A stretch of 61,470 nt of DNA, from the IMG/VR virus record IMGVR_UViG_3300037755_000302; one strand, written 5' to 3'. Source of the DNA: a virus. Below, in pieces: positions 16,343 through 24,756 of this stretch. The first letter of the stretch is position 1. Every line of letters begins with the position of its first letter. The notes under the pieces are model-generated. The model was given only the letters and a program-made list of their open reading frames with translations, did no database searches and was not told the DNA's origin. The position numbers and the translations under genes were made by a program.

Positions 16343-16359
16343 TTGGATTAAAATTCCAA
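16343..16359. promoter_or_regulatory. operator-like palindrome TTGGA-N7-TCCAA (copy 2)
   Basis: aaTTGGAttaaaatTCCAAtt, just upstream of the -35 of the PL-like promoter. Confidence 0.55.
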
Positions 16360-16366
16360 TTCCCAC

Positions 16367-16395
16367 TTGACGCGCCCTTTGAATGGAATTAAATT
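16367..16395 (+). promoter_or_regulatory. PL-like sigma70 promoter (TTGACG-17 nt-TAAATT)
   Basis: Hexamers and spacing read directly from the sequence. Flanked and overlapped by two operator palindromes. Confidence 0.55.
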
Positions 16396-16399
16396 CCAA
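16383..16399. promoter_or_regulatory. operator-like palindrome ATGGA-N7-TCCAA (copy 3)
   Basis: Overlaps the -10 hexamer of the PL-like promoter. Confidence 0.5.
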
Positions 16400-16491
16400 T
16401 TCATCAGCCGCCCCCAATCGGCTGAACCGCAAACCCCGGACCTCGCCCCTGAAGCTTGGTCCGGGTCCAAAGAGCAAAAGGGTCAAACGCC

Positions 16492-17118
16492 GTGGAATTC
16501 AAAATCACAAATCGATTTACCGGCTCAGTGATCTTCACGGCTAAAATCGAAGCCACCGAAGATACGCCGATCAGCATCAAATTAGGCTTGGCAGTGAAGA
16601 AGGCTGTTGAAGCGCGTGCCTACCTCGCGGATGCCAACCTCGCGGATGCCAACCTCGCGGGTGCCAACCTCGCGGGTGCCTACCTCGCGGGTGCCAACCT
16701 CGCGGGTGCCAACCTCGAGGATGCCAACCTCGCGGGTGCCAACCTCGCGGGTGCCTACCTCGCGGATGCCAACCTCGCGGATGCCAACCTCGCGGGTGCC
16801 TACCTCGCGGGTGCCAAAGACATTCCCGATTTCACCATGCCAGACGGCCTGAAGTTCAGCCAGTACAAGCGCGAAGTTGTTCCCGCACTGCTGACCGCTG
16901 GCGGCAAGACGCTGGATGAGATCAAGGAGTCCGGTTGTTGGGATTGCCACGACTGGACCAACTGCCCGATGGCGCACGCTTTCAACGTCAGGACGATTGA
17001 AGAAATCCCGCCGCTGTATCGGGCGCGGGCGAAGGAATTCATTCAGTTTTTTGATAGTCGCTTGCTGCCTGCTCCGTGGGCAGATGGAAGCGTTGAATCA
17101 GAGCCTGCACCGGAATAA
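16492..17118 (+). CDS. pentapeptide-repeat protein (208 aa from GTG 16492; the ORF track starts at TTG 16456)
   Basis: 13 consecutive A(N/Y)LA(D/G) pentapeptides, N-terminal [14 protein letters not shown] and a Cys/His C-terminal domain ([17 protein letters not shown]). Confidence 0.85.
   Translation: MEFKITNRFTGSVIFTAKIEATEDTPISIKLGLAVKKAVEARAYLADANLADANLAGANLAGAYLAGANLAGANLEDANLAGANLAGAYLADANLADANLAGAYLAGAKDIPDFTMPDGLKFSQYKREVVPALLTAGGKTLDEIKESGCWDCHDWTNCPMAHAFNVRTIEEIPPLYRARAKEFIQFFDSRLLPAPWADGSVESEPAPE
16618..16812 (+). repeat. tandem 15-bp repeat, 13 units (GCC-WAC-CTC-GCG-GRT), in-frame within the pentapeptide gene
   Basis: Units differ only at 1-2 positions: aac/tac, ggt/gat, and one gag. 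Confidence 0.9.
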
Positions 17119-17163
17119 CCGAACTCTCTGCCTCCTCCCTCAGTAATGGAAGAGAGCAACTAA

Positions 17164-17204
17164 GCCCCAGCCATTTCCGCCGTGATCGGCTGGGGCGCTT
17201 TTTT
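17164..17204 (+). terminator. rho-independent terminator
   Basis: 9-bp stem GCCCCAGCC/GGCTGGGGC with a 15-nt loop, followed by GCTTTTTT. Starts 45 nt after the pentapeptide gene stop. Confidence 0.7.
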
Positions 17205-17219
17205 AAACAGGGGATTGAA

Positions 17220-17771
17220 ATGGAACTCGATAAGAAGCGCATTGAAGACGCCATCATTGCCGATGTGGCCGATAAAATCATCGGCGAAGATGAGCTTTTC
17301 TCCCGTGTCAGGAAGGCGATCGATCAACGCATCAACGCTCTGTTCAAGGACAAAGCCGATGCGCAGATTGCGGCGGCAATCGATGATGCGATCCGCAACG
17401 GTTTCGACCGCGAATATTGCCGCATCTCTTCATGGGGTGAACGGCAAGGTGAGCCGACCACAATCCGCAAGGAACTTGAAAAGCTGATCAGCGGCTACTG
17501 GAACGAGAAGGTAGATCGTCAAGGGAAGCCTGCTGACTATCCAAGCACTAATGTTACGCGCGCCGAATGGCTGATGATGCAGCTCGTCGCGAACGATTTC
17601 AAAGACGACATGAAACAGCATGTTGTCAACGTCACGGCTGGTCTCAAGGACGGACTGCGCAACGAACTCCACAAGACCGTCAATCAACTTCTTAGCGGCA
17701 CATTCCATGTCAAGAGCCTCGACGATCAGAAGCTCGACAACGGATACAGCCCGCATCCGAAAGCGGAATAA
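17220..17771 (+). CDS. hypothetical protein, 183 aa
   Basis: ATG follows GGGGATTGAA. Protein-like composition. Confidence 0.65.
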   Translation: MELDKKRIEDAIIADVADKIIGEDELFSRVRKAIDQRINALFKDKADAQIAAAIDDAIRNGFDREYCRISSWGERQGEPTTIRKELEKLISGYWNEKVDRQGKPADYPSTNVTRAEWLMMQLVANDFKDDMKQHVVNVTAGLKDGLRNELHKTVNQLLSGTFHVKSLDDQKLDNGYSPHPKAE

Positions 17772-17804
17772 GCAAAAAGCCAATTTAAACAGAGGACTGA
17801 TTAA

Positions 17805-18353
17805 ATGATTCCTGCACCGAGAGTTGATGTCTCCTCCCCATCGGACGCCTCTCAGGCAGATGCGGGCCAGCTACAAGAAGCCGATTACAAGACTTGGCTG
17901 GTCCGCAAATATGATCGGTGCATCGAGAAATTCGCCGATGATGCCGAGTTCGTCTCTATCGCGCTGTTCGCCGCTGCTCCTGTTGCGCTGGCTACCGGAA
18001 CGGCGCTGACGACGGGTCATCCCTTCTGGATGCTGACGATCCCGCTATCCGGCTTCTGGTGCTACTGCACCGCGATGATCAGCGTCATCTCCTACCGTGA
18101 GAAGATCGCCGAGCGCGACGAGCGCATCAAGGAAATCAACGATAGCGCACTCTGGCGTCTTTGTGAATCTCGCCGGGAGCAGTGCGACAAGCTCATGGCT
18201 GAAAACAGCCATCTCGAACAGGACGTGGCTCATTGGAAAGCTCTTTGCTTTACCCAGCGGGGTAGCGGGGGCGCGGCGGCGGGTTCCGAATTTGGCGGAC
18301 TATCTCGGAAACCTGCCGCCGTTGTTCCTTTCAAGACAGATGGAGCGGCTTAG
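17805..18353 (+). CDS. membrane protein with coiled-coil tail, 182 aa
   Basis: Two hydrophobic helices (FVSIALFAAAPVALATG, LSGFWCYCTAMISVISY) followed by a heptad-like segment. Confidence 0.65.
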   Translation: MIPAPRVDVSSPSDASQADAGQLQEADYKTWLVRKYDRCIEKFADDAEFVSIALFAAAPVALATGTALTTGHPFWMLTIPLSGFWCYCTAMISVISYREKIAERDERIKEINDSALWRLCESRREQCDKLMAENSHLEQDVAHWKALCFTQRGSGGAAAGSEFGGLSRKPAAVVPFKTDGAA

Positions 18354-18355
18354 CC

Positions 18356-18640
18356 ATGAGCGAATTGGTCAAATGCGCGGTTAGCCACCTTCCTGCTGGT
18401 CACCCGAACGCTTGCGGCGATTGCGATCCCTGCATCGTGCACGACCGCCCGAAGCAGCTCGAAGCGCTCTATGTGGACTGGGAGCACATGTACTGGAACA
18501 TCAAATCTCTCATGAACTCCGCACAAGCCGCGAGCTATGCGCTGAAAAGCTACGAATACGGTAATTCGTCACCGGAGCTTGCACAAGAGGTGATCGTGGC
18601 GCTTGAAGCAGCACTAGCCAAAGCAAGAGGCGAGCAATGA
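18356..18640 (+). CDS. hypothetical protein, 94 aa
   Basis: Packed in the plus-strand operon. Confidence 0.6.
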   Translation: MSELVKCAVSHLPAGHPNACGDCDPCIVHDRPKQLEALYVDWEHMYWNIKSLMNSAQAASYALKSYEYGNSSPELAQEVIVALEAALAKARGEQ

Positions 18641-18975
18641 CCACCCCATCCGTAGAAGCCTACATCAGTTTAGACGGCACCGGCTACACGATCAGCGACA
18701 AGGGCGGGATGTTCCCCTGTGATCTGTACGCGGATATTGCACCGGGAATGATGCCGGGAGATTTCGAGATCACCGCCATTTATGTCGGCTCCGAACACGT
18801 CAGTTTCAAGGAACGCCTCACCGGAGATCGTCACGACGAAGCCGCTCTCATTCTGATCAAGGATCACGACTGGCTTGAATGGGCGGAAGATCAGGCTGGC
18901 GATGCTGACGAGTGCCGGCGTCCTGCTGGCGGCGATGTTGGTTCAACGCATATCGATGCGGGGGCAAGGATATGA
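18637..18975 (+). CDS. hypothetical protein, 112 aa
   Basis: 4-nt overlap with the upstream gene. Confidence 0.6.
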   Translation: MTTPSVEAYISLDGTGYTISDKGGMFPCDLYADIAPGMMPGDFEITAIYVGSEHVSFKERLTGDRHDEAALILIKDHDWLEWAEDQAGDADECRRPAGGDVGSTHIDAGARI

Positions 18976-19178
18976 CCTCAGACCGCGAACGCAAGCTCAA
19001 ATTCATCGCCGAAGCTGGCTTCACCGATCTCCGCAAGAGCGTCATCGAAATGCTCTCAAGGCGCGGCCCCGATTGGCTCACCGACGATCAGATCGACGAT
19101 CTTTATAGAGCAGAAGCCGCTGCCTGGGAACGGGCGCAGAGGAGGAATGCAGAGAACCGGGAAAGGGTGGCAGGATGA
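18972..19178 (+). CDS. hypothetical protein (68 aa from ATG 18972)
   Basis: ATGA overlap with the upstream stop. Confidence 0.55.
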   Translation: MTSDRERKLKFIAEAGFTDLRKSVIEMLSRRGPDWLTDDQIDDLYRAEAAAWERAQRRNAENRERVAG

Positions 19179-19849
19179 AGATCGAAGACCTCAAAAAGTT
19201 CTGCGAAAACGATCGGTATAGACCGTACCTCTCTAACCCGTTTTCACTTGGCGATTTTACCTATGCCACCGATGGCAAGGTTGCCGTTCGCGTGCCGCGC
19301 CTTGAAGGCATTGGCGAAGTCGAAGACGCACCGGCAAGCATAGAGACAACCTTTGCAAACAACCTTAAGGGATTTGAGCAAGCCGCGCCAGTTCCGAACC
19401 CGCCGCACGTTACCAACATTATTTGCAAGGCCTGCAAAGGCAGACAGAAGGTAACGATCTGCTCCGAGTGCGAGGGTGAAGGCTACCGAGAGTGTGACCT
19501 TGGCCACGAGCATGATTGCGAGGATTGCGACGGCAATGGCGTCATCGGCGACCGCAGCGGAGAGAGCGCGGTGGAATGCCCTGAGTGCGAAGGGGTGGGC
19601 CGCCTCCCGAATTTGCCCCAAGGGCTAAGCACCGGCGTCATCGTCAATGACAAAACCTGCGTCGGTTTGCGCTACCTGAGAAGGATTGCCACCCTTCCAG
19701 CGGTAAAGTGGAGCCTCAATCACCGCAAAGAGTCCTCGGAAACCATCCCCTTCTGGTTCGACGGCGGCGAAGGTATTCTGATGCCGATGCGCTTCTGGGA
19801 GCCGGGCGGAGGCAACTATCTCCGCGTCGATGAGGAGCGCGCAGCATGA
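19175..19849 (+). CDS. protein with four DnaJ-type CxxCxGxG zinc-finger repeats
   Basis: CKACKGRQ, CSECEGEG, CEDCDGNG and CPECEGVG, with N-terminal YATDGKVAVRVPR. Confidence 0.65.
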   Translation: MKIEDLKKFCENDRYRPYLSNPFSLGDFTYATDGKVAVRVPRLEGIGEVEDAPASIETTFANNLKGFEQAAPVPNPPHVTNIICKACKGRQKVTICSECEGEGYRECDLGHEHDCEDCDGNGVIGDRSGESAVECPECEGVGRLPNLPQGLSTGVIVNDKTCVGLRYLRRIATLPAVKWSLNHRKESSETIPFWFDGGEGILMPMRFWEPGGGNYLRVDEERAA

Positions 19850-20136
19850 CCCCGCTCGACAAGATCAACCTCTACACGGCTAACCGACAAGGCTTGATAA
19901 GCCGTGAGGAACGGGATGCACGGTTGGCTTCCGGCGACCGCCTCGAAGACCTTTGCGAGAGCGTACAGGACGCTGTTCGCGAAGTGATAGAGGAATGCCG
20001 CCAGCGTGGCAAGCGATGCGCCCGTGAGCATGAAGAGCTTCGCATCGAGACATACGCCTATCCCTTGGATGGAAAGATCGCCTGGGGAATTGATGGCTGC
20101 ACGGGCGTCAACACTAAGCGGGGGATCGTGGGATGA
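19846..20136 (+). CDS. hypothetical protein, 96 aa
   Basis: 4-nt overlap with the upstream gene. Confidence 0.6.
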   Translation: MTPLDKINLYTANRQGLISREERDARLASGDRLEDLCESVQDAVREVIEECRQRGKRCAREHEELRIETYAYPLDGKIAWGIDGCTGVNTKRGIVG

Positions 20137-20372
20137 TTGAAGGTCGAATGATTAATGACCGCGAACCGATCGTTCAGAAAATGAACGAGATTGCCAAGGG
20201 ACTTCGCGAAGCTGCCGACCGCACCGAGATGCAGGCGAAATACTTTGCGCGCGACGGCCACCCGGACACGGTGACTTCCGTGTTGAACGAGCTTCTCTGG
20301 ATGACGCCGAACCTCGGTATTCAGGCGACGATCAATCGGCTTGTTCGAGAATTGGAGCGCTCCAATGACTGA
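20133..20372 (+). CDS. hypothetical protein, 79 aa
   Basis: 4-nt overlap with the upstream gene. Confidence 0.6.
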   Translation: MIEGRMINDREPIVQKMNEIAKGLREAADRTEMQAKYFARDGHPDTVTSVLNELLWMTPNLGIQATINRLVRELERSND

Positions 20373-20601
20373 CATCAAACAGCTCATAGAGTGTCTACGC
20401 GCGGCAGCAGAACACAGGGCCGGGACGGATAACCGTCTTTCATTGCCGGAAGAGTTCATTGAAGCGCAAGCCGCCGACGCTCTCGAAGCGCAAGCCGCAG
20501 AGATCGAAGACCTTCGTACATCCCTCGAAGCCGCCAGGCTTGGATCAAGGCTACTCGGTCGGCAGGTGGATAAATTTAAACGAGCATGGAGGCGGAAATG
20601 A
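20365..20601 (+). CDS. hypothetical coiled-coil protein (78 aa from ATG 20365)
   Basis: Its ATG overlaps the end of the upstream gene. Confidence 0.55.
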   Translation: MTDIKQLIECLRAAAEHRAGTDNRLSLPEEFIEAQAADALEAQAAEIEDLRTSLEAARLGSRLLGRQVDKFKRAWRRK

Positions 20602-21338
20602 CCGTACCGAAGCAGCTTGAAGTCATAGAGCAGGGGCAGAGCGTGGCAACGCGCCCGCAGCCTATCACGCCAATGGAGATGCTCAACGCCGCCGTGGAGC
20701 GTGGTGACGCGATTGAGAATCTCACCCAGCTCATGGATCTAAACGACCGCTGGGAAGCCGCGCAGGCGAAGAAGGCTTTCATCGAGGCGAAGGCGGAATT
20801 CAAAGCAAACGCACCGACTGTCTTCAAGGACATGCAGAACACCCAGTACAGGTCCATGTACTCGTCGATCGGCAACGTCGTCAATACCGTGAACGTGGCG
20901 CTGAGCAAGTATGGGCTCGATGCGAGTTGGGATTACGACCAGACCGAGAGCGGCATCAAAGTCACCTGCATCCTAACACATTCGCAGGGGCATTCCACGA
21001 GCGTTTCGCTGTCAGGGCCGCCTGATACGTCTGGAAGCAAAAACCCGATCCAGCAAATCAAATCGACGACGACCTACCTGAAATTGGCGACCTTTGAAGC
21101 TGTGACCGGCATCGCTTCGAAGGAAGGCAATAAGGACGATGACGGAAATTCGGCTGGCGTTGCACCGATCAATGACGTGCAGGTGAAGACGATCAACGAC
21201 CTGCTCGATGATACAGCGTCGGACATCGAACAGTTCAAAAATTATTTCGGCATCAGCGACGTGAAGGATCTTCCTGCGCGCCGGTTCCAAGAAGCGATGA
21301 ATATTTTCGCAGCCAAGAGGAAATTGAAAAATGGCTGA
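20598..21338 (+). CDS. single-strand annealing recombinase, ERF-like
   Basis: YRSMYSSIGNVVNTVNVALSKYGL...ILTHSQGH...KNPIQQIKSTTTYLKLATFEAVTGI resembles ERF-family motifs. Sits close to an exonuclease gene. Confidence 0.6.
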   Translation: MTVPKQLEVIEQGQSVATRPQPITPMEMLNAAVERGDAIENLTQLMDLNDRWEAAQAKKAFIEAKAEFKANAPTVFKDMQNTQYRSMYSSIGNVVNTVNVALSKYGLDASWDYDQTESGIKVTCILTHSQGHSTSVSLSGPPDTSGSKNPIQQIKSTTTYLKLATFEAVTGIASKEGNKDDDGNSAGVAPINDVQVKTINDLLDDTASDIEQFKNYFGISDVKDLPARRFQEAMNIFAAKRKLKNG

Positions 21339-22395
21339 AGCAGCCCTGAAAGAGCAGACCACTGACATTGTCGCAATCGTCGAAGCCAATCCGGTTTCAG
21401 TTCTAACTGACGAGAAAACATACGCGGATTTTTACCGTCACGTCGAAGAAGAGGTCAAGGCATTTGAACCCGATCTTTCGACGGCGACGGGCCGGAAGGC
21501 CATCGCATCGCTCGCCTATAAAATCACGCGCACGAAAACTGCAATTGACAACGCAGGCAAGGAACTGACCGAGGCATGGCGCAAGCAGACCAACAAGGTC
21601 AACGAGAAGCGCCGGAAGGCCCGCGAAGAGTTTGAGGCATTGGCCGCGCAGGCACGCCGGCCGCTGAACGAATGGGAAGAAAAGGAAGAAAAGCGCGTTG
21701 CGATTGTCGCCAGCTTTTTCGACACCATCAGAGAATGCAAGACGCTTCCGCACGGCGCAACCAGCGAAGTAATCCGCCATCATCTCACTGTCGCCAATGA
21801 CATGAAGGCCGAAGAGATTATCTTGCAGGACCGCACCGAGGAAGGCGAAAGGGCGCTATCGGATCTTCGCGAAAGCCTGACGCAAGCGCTCGCTGCCGCT
21901 GAGAAATCCGAAGCCGACGCGCTGGAACTGGAACGCCTCCGCGCCGAGAACGAAGCCCGCCTGAAAGCTGAGCGCGAAGCTGCTGAACAAGCTGAGCGGG
22001 ACCGTCTCGCTAAGGAAGCAGCAGACCGCGCCGCCGAAGAAGCCAAGCGCCGCGAGGAAGCCGCCGCCGAGCGTGCCCGTGCCGATGAAAAGCGCCTGGC
22101 TGAGGAAGCCATCGCCAAGGCTGAACGCGAGAAGCAGGAAGCTATCGACAAAGCCGAGGCTGAAAAGCTGGCGCTGATCCGCGAGCAGGAGCGCAAGGAA
22201 GCCGCGCGGCAGGCCGAGATTGACCGCGAGGCGGCCGAGCAGGTCAAGCGTGAAGCCAACAAGAAGCACCGCGCCAAGCTGACCAAAGAGGCGGAAACCG
22301 CCATCCGAGAAATCGGCATCCATCAGGATTACGCGTCGCTTCTCGTCGCCGCCATTATCGACGGCAAGATCCCTCACATCAAAATGGAATTCTGA
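21331..22395 (+). CDS. charged coiled-coil protein, 354 aa
   Basis: About 150 aa of (A/E/R/K)-rich heptad-like sequence. Located between the annealase and the exonuclease. Confidence 0.7.
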   Translation: MAEAALKEQTTDIVAIVEANPVSVLTDEKTYADFYRHVEEEVKAFEPDLSTATGRKAIASLAYKITRTKTAIDNAGKELTEAWRKQTNKVNEKRRKAREEFEALAAQARRPLNEWEEKEEKRVAIVASFFDTIRECKTLPHGATSEVIRHHLTVANDMKAEEIILQDRTEEGERALSDLRESLTQALAAAEKSEADALELERLRAENEARLKAEREAAEQAERDRLAKEAADRAAEEAKRREEAAAERARADEKRLAEEAIAKAEREKQEAIDKAEAEKLALIREQERKEAARQAEIDREAAEQVKREANKKHRAKLTKEAETAIREIGIHQDYASLLVAAIIDGKIPHIKMEF

Positions 22396-22397
22396 TC

Positions 22398-23027
22398 ATG
22401 ATGGAGATCTTCGATTTTCCGCAAAATTCGCCGGAGTGGCACTCAATCCGCGCAGGCCTCGTGACGGCAAGCTGTTTCAGCCAAATATTAGCCAAGGGCC
22501 AAGGCAAAACACGCGCCTCATATTTAAGGCGCTTGGCGGCAGAAATAATCACCGGCGAGCCGCTCGAAAACTTCACCACGCCAGCGATGGAAAGAGGCCA
22601 TGCGCTCGAAGGCGAGGCGCGGAACCTGTACGCATTCATGCACGACGTTGAGCCGGTGCAGGTCGGCTTCATCCGCAACGGACGAAAAGGCTGTTCGCCG
22701 GACTCGCTTCTGGGCGAAACCGCTTTGTTGGAGATTAAGACCCAGCGCGGCGATCTGCTCATTGAGACAATGCTGAAAGACGAATTTCCGAAATGTCACG
22801 AAGCTCAAGTTCAGGGGCAACTATGGATGGCCGAAAGAGAGTGGTGTGATCTGCTGGTCTACGCACCAGGGTTCCCGCCGTTCATTAAACGCCAGCATCG
22901 CAACGAGAAATTTATCAGCGAACTGTCCGCGGCCGTCTCCGACTTCAACGCCGATTTAGACGCTCTTGTCGAGCGCATCCGCTCTTACGGCGGTCATGAG
23001 GCCCTATCGCAGGATAATGCAGCATGA
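22398..23027 (+). CDS. YqaJ / lambda-Exo-type recombination exonuclease
   Basis: SPEWHSIRAGLVTASCFSQIL...GHALEGEAR...SPDSLL...LLEIKT (PD-(D/E)xK). Confidence 0.8.
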   Translation: MMEIFDFPQNSPEWHSIRAGLVTASCFSQILAKGQGKTRASYLRRLAAEIITGEPLENFTTPAMERGHALEGEARNLYAFMHDVEPVQVGFIRNGRKGCSPDSLLGETALLEIKTQRGDLLIETMLKDEFPKCHEAQVQGQLWMAEREWCDLLVYAPGFPPFIKRQHRNEKFISELSAAVSDFNADLDALVERIRSYGGHEALSQDNAA

Positions 23028-23119
23028 CCGAAACCGATCCGAACCCCTGGGTAATCATCGGCCTGCTTTGCGTCTGCATTGTCATTTGGGCGGCGGTGTT
23101 CGTGAGGCCATCGAAATGA
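23024..23119 (+). CDS. 31-aa single-pass membrane peptide
   Basis: MTETDPNPWVIIGLLCVCIVIWAAVFVRPSK. ATGA overlaps at both ends link it to the neighbouring genes. Confidence 0.45.
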   Translation: MTETDPNPWVIIGLLCVCIVIWAAVFVRPSK

Positions 23120-23649
23120 CCACGCGCAACGACAAAGGCACGTTCTTCCGCTCGACAGGCAAAAGCCTGATCCCTGCGGAGAGCAAGGCTGAAGAGGTGC
23201 TCGGCACGCTCGGGCCGAATGCCATCGTCCGTGTGAAGATCACGAAGCCGCGCCGCCACAAGCATCATCGCTTTTTCTTCGCGACGGTCGCCAACTATTT
23301 CGACAACTGGCCGGAGACGTGCAGTTTTCAGCCGGAGAACGAAGAGCATTTGCGTTCATGGGCGACGGTCAAGGCTGGATACCGGGACATTCTCGGCGAG
23401 CGCCTCCACCAAGACGAAGGCGATCTCCACCGGATGGCGGACTTCATCGAGAAGGCAATGGCCCGGTGCCGGGAGCGCTACAGCTTCGTTGCCATCCATA
23501 ACGGCTCACTCGTTCTGCTTTCGCCTAAGAGCATAGCATACGACACGCTGGATCAAACAGCATTTGCTCCGATCGCAGATAAAGTTTTCGACGTTCTCGA
23601 ACGTGAAAGCGGGATTTCAATTTCAGTGATGATCGCGGAGGCGGCGTGA
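23116..23649 (+). CDS. hypothetical protein (177 aa from ATG 23116)
   Basis: ATGA coupling to the upstream peptide. The longer ORF-track start is rejected. Confidence 0.6.
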   Translation: MTTRNDKGTFFRSTGKSLIPAESKAEEVLGTLGPNAIVRVKITKPRRHKHHRFFFATVANYFDNWPETCSFQPENEEHLRSWATVKAGYRDILGERLHQDEGDLHRMADFIEKAMARCRERYSFVAIHNGSLVLLSPKSIAYDTLDQTAFAPIADKVFDVLERESGISISVMIAEAA

Positions 23650-24209
23650 AATTCGCATGCGCCAATTGCGGGAAGGAAGCCGATAGACCAACCGGCGAAG
23701 TCAACCGAGCGAGAAAGAAGGGACTGAACCTCTATTGCGGACAAACGTGTTCGGGGCTGGGCCGCAGGAAGCATAAGAGCGTCGAGCAAAAGAAGGAAGA
23801 CAAGCGCCTTTACGACATTGAATACCGCCAGCGAAACGCGACGCGGATCAGGAAGAAAAAGGCCAGATATTTTCAGCGCACCTACGATCCGGAGAAGGCG
23901 CGCATCGAACGAAAGAGACGAGCCAAGTTCCACGCCGAGTATTGCAGACGCCCTGAATATCGAGAGTGGAAGCAACGGTACGACAGGAAATACAGGGCGG
24001 TCAAAGAGTACGGAGAGTTTTGGGAATGCTTCCTGCTTTCGCAGGACATTCGAGACGAAGCACTAAACAGGAGCACGGACTATGAAATCAGACTCGGAAA
24101 AGCAAGAGTGGCCGCCTGCCAACAGCGCAAACGTCACCACGCCAGATCTTACAGCAAAAAATCTGAAATCGGCCCTATGGGAGACCTTAAACAGGGTCAA
24201 AGGCGGTGA
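23646..24209 (+). CDS. basic zinc-ribbon protein, 187 aa
   Basis: N-terminal CANCGK...YCGQTC followed by an Arg/Lys-rich body. The last 128 nt overlap the next ORF. Confidence 0.55.
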   Translation: MKFACANCGKEADRPTGEVNRARKKGLNLYCGQTCSGLGRRKHKSVEQKKEDKRLYDIEYRQRNATRIRKKKARYFQRTYDPEKARIERKRRAKFHAEYCRRPEYREWKQRYDRKYRAVKEYGEFWECFLLSQDIRDEALNRSTDYEIRLGKARVAACQQRKRHHARSYSKKSEIGPMGDLKQGQRR

Positions 24210-24345
24210 GATGGACGCTGGGCAAGCGGATTCAATTGCGTCCCAAGCTCGCGAAATTCTCCGCACGACAAACACTCAGCTTCGGATTGCTCAGCAGGCA
24301 AAGCGCTCCGTTTCCGTAGATGTGATCCGGTTCGCGGAAGAATGA
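24082..24345 (+). CDS. hypothetical protein, 87 aa
   Basis: ATG is 8 nt after AGGAG. Protein-like composition. Confidence 0.55.
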   Translation: MKSDSEKQEWPPANSANVTTPDLTAKNLKSALWETLNRVKGGEMDAGQADSIASQAREILRTTNTQLRIAQQAKRSVSVDVIRFAEE

Positions 24346-24349
24346 CGCC

Positions 24350-24562
24350 ATGACCCGCCCCTCCATCCCCTATCCCGATCTTGAGGCTGATATAGAGGCC
24401 CGTATGCAGCCGGAAGCACAGCCTCGGGATCGATGGTTCTGGCTGAGAGTGATCTTCTACGCTGGCGCGGCTGTCTGTGCAAAGGCCGGGGCTATAGCTG
24501 CGTTTGTTCTGATGTCTCCGGTGATTGTGGGGATTTGGGTTTGCAGGAGGGTGAAGCGGTGA
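24350..24562 (+). CDS. membrane protein, 70 aa
   Basis: Hydrophobic stretch WFWLRVIFYAGAAVCAKAGAIAAFVLMSPVIVGIWV. Confidence 0.55.
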   Translation: MTRPSIPYPDLEADIEARMQPEAQPRDRWFWLRVIFYAGAAVCAKAGAIAAFVLMSPVIVGIWVCRRVKR

Positions 24563-24756
24563 CGGACTTGCGCAGAAAGCGTGACCCATCTTGGGTCTTC
24601 GGACTGACGCCGGAAGAGGCAACCGAGATCGCCAAGATAGACGCGCGCGCTGCCGCTATCGACGAAGAGCGCAGACAGCTAACCAATCGCCGCTGCCGGA
24701 TTCAACAGCGAGCAAATCAGCGCGTCCTGAACCGCAAGCGGCGGGAGGTGGCATGA
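24559..24756 (+). CDS. hypothetical basic protein (65 aa from GTG 24559)
   Basis: GTGA overlap with the upstream stop. Confidence 0.45.
   Translation: MTDLRRKRDPSWVFGLTPEEATEIAKIDARAAAIDEERRQLTNRRCRIQQRANQRVLNRKRREVA

Noticed and set aside
16618-16812. A regular short-repeat array considered as a possible CRISPR array.
   Set aside because: The units are contiguous 15-mers with no spacers, are in frame, and lie inside a coding sequence. No cas genes are present.
16582-16977. Long ORFs in other frames or on the other strand across the pentapeptide repeat (REVGT... and PTSR... repeats).
   Set aside because: They are a by-product of the 15-bp tandem repeat being open in several frames. Only the A(N/Y)LA(D/G) frame has recognisable flanking domains and a start signal.
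21780-22377. Two antisense ORFs (179 and 173 aa) opposite the charged coiled-coil gene.
   Set aside because: They are Ser/Ala/Arg low-complexity translations of the reverse complement of GAA/GCC/CGC-rich codons, with no starts or motifs. Typical shadow ORFs.
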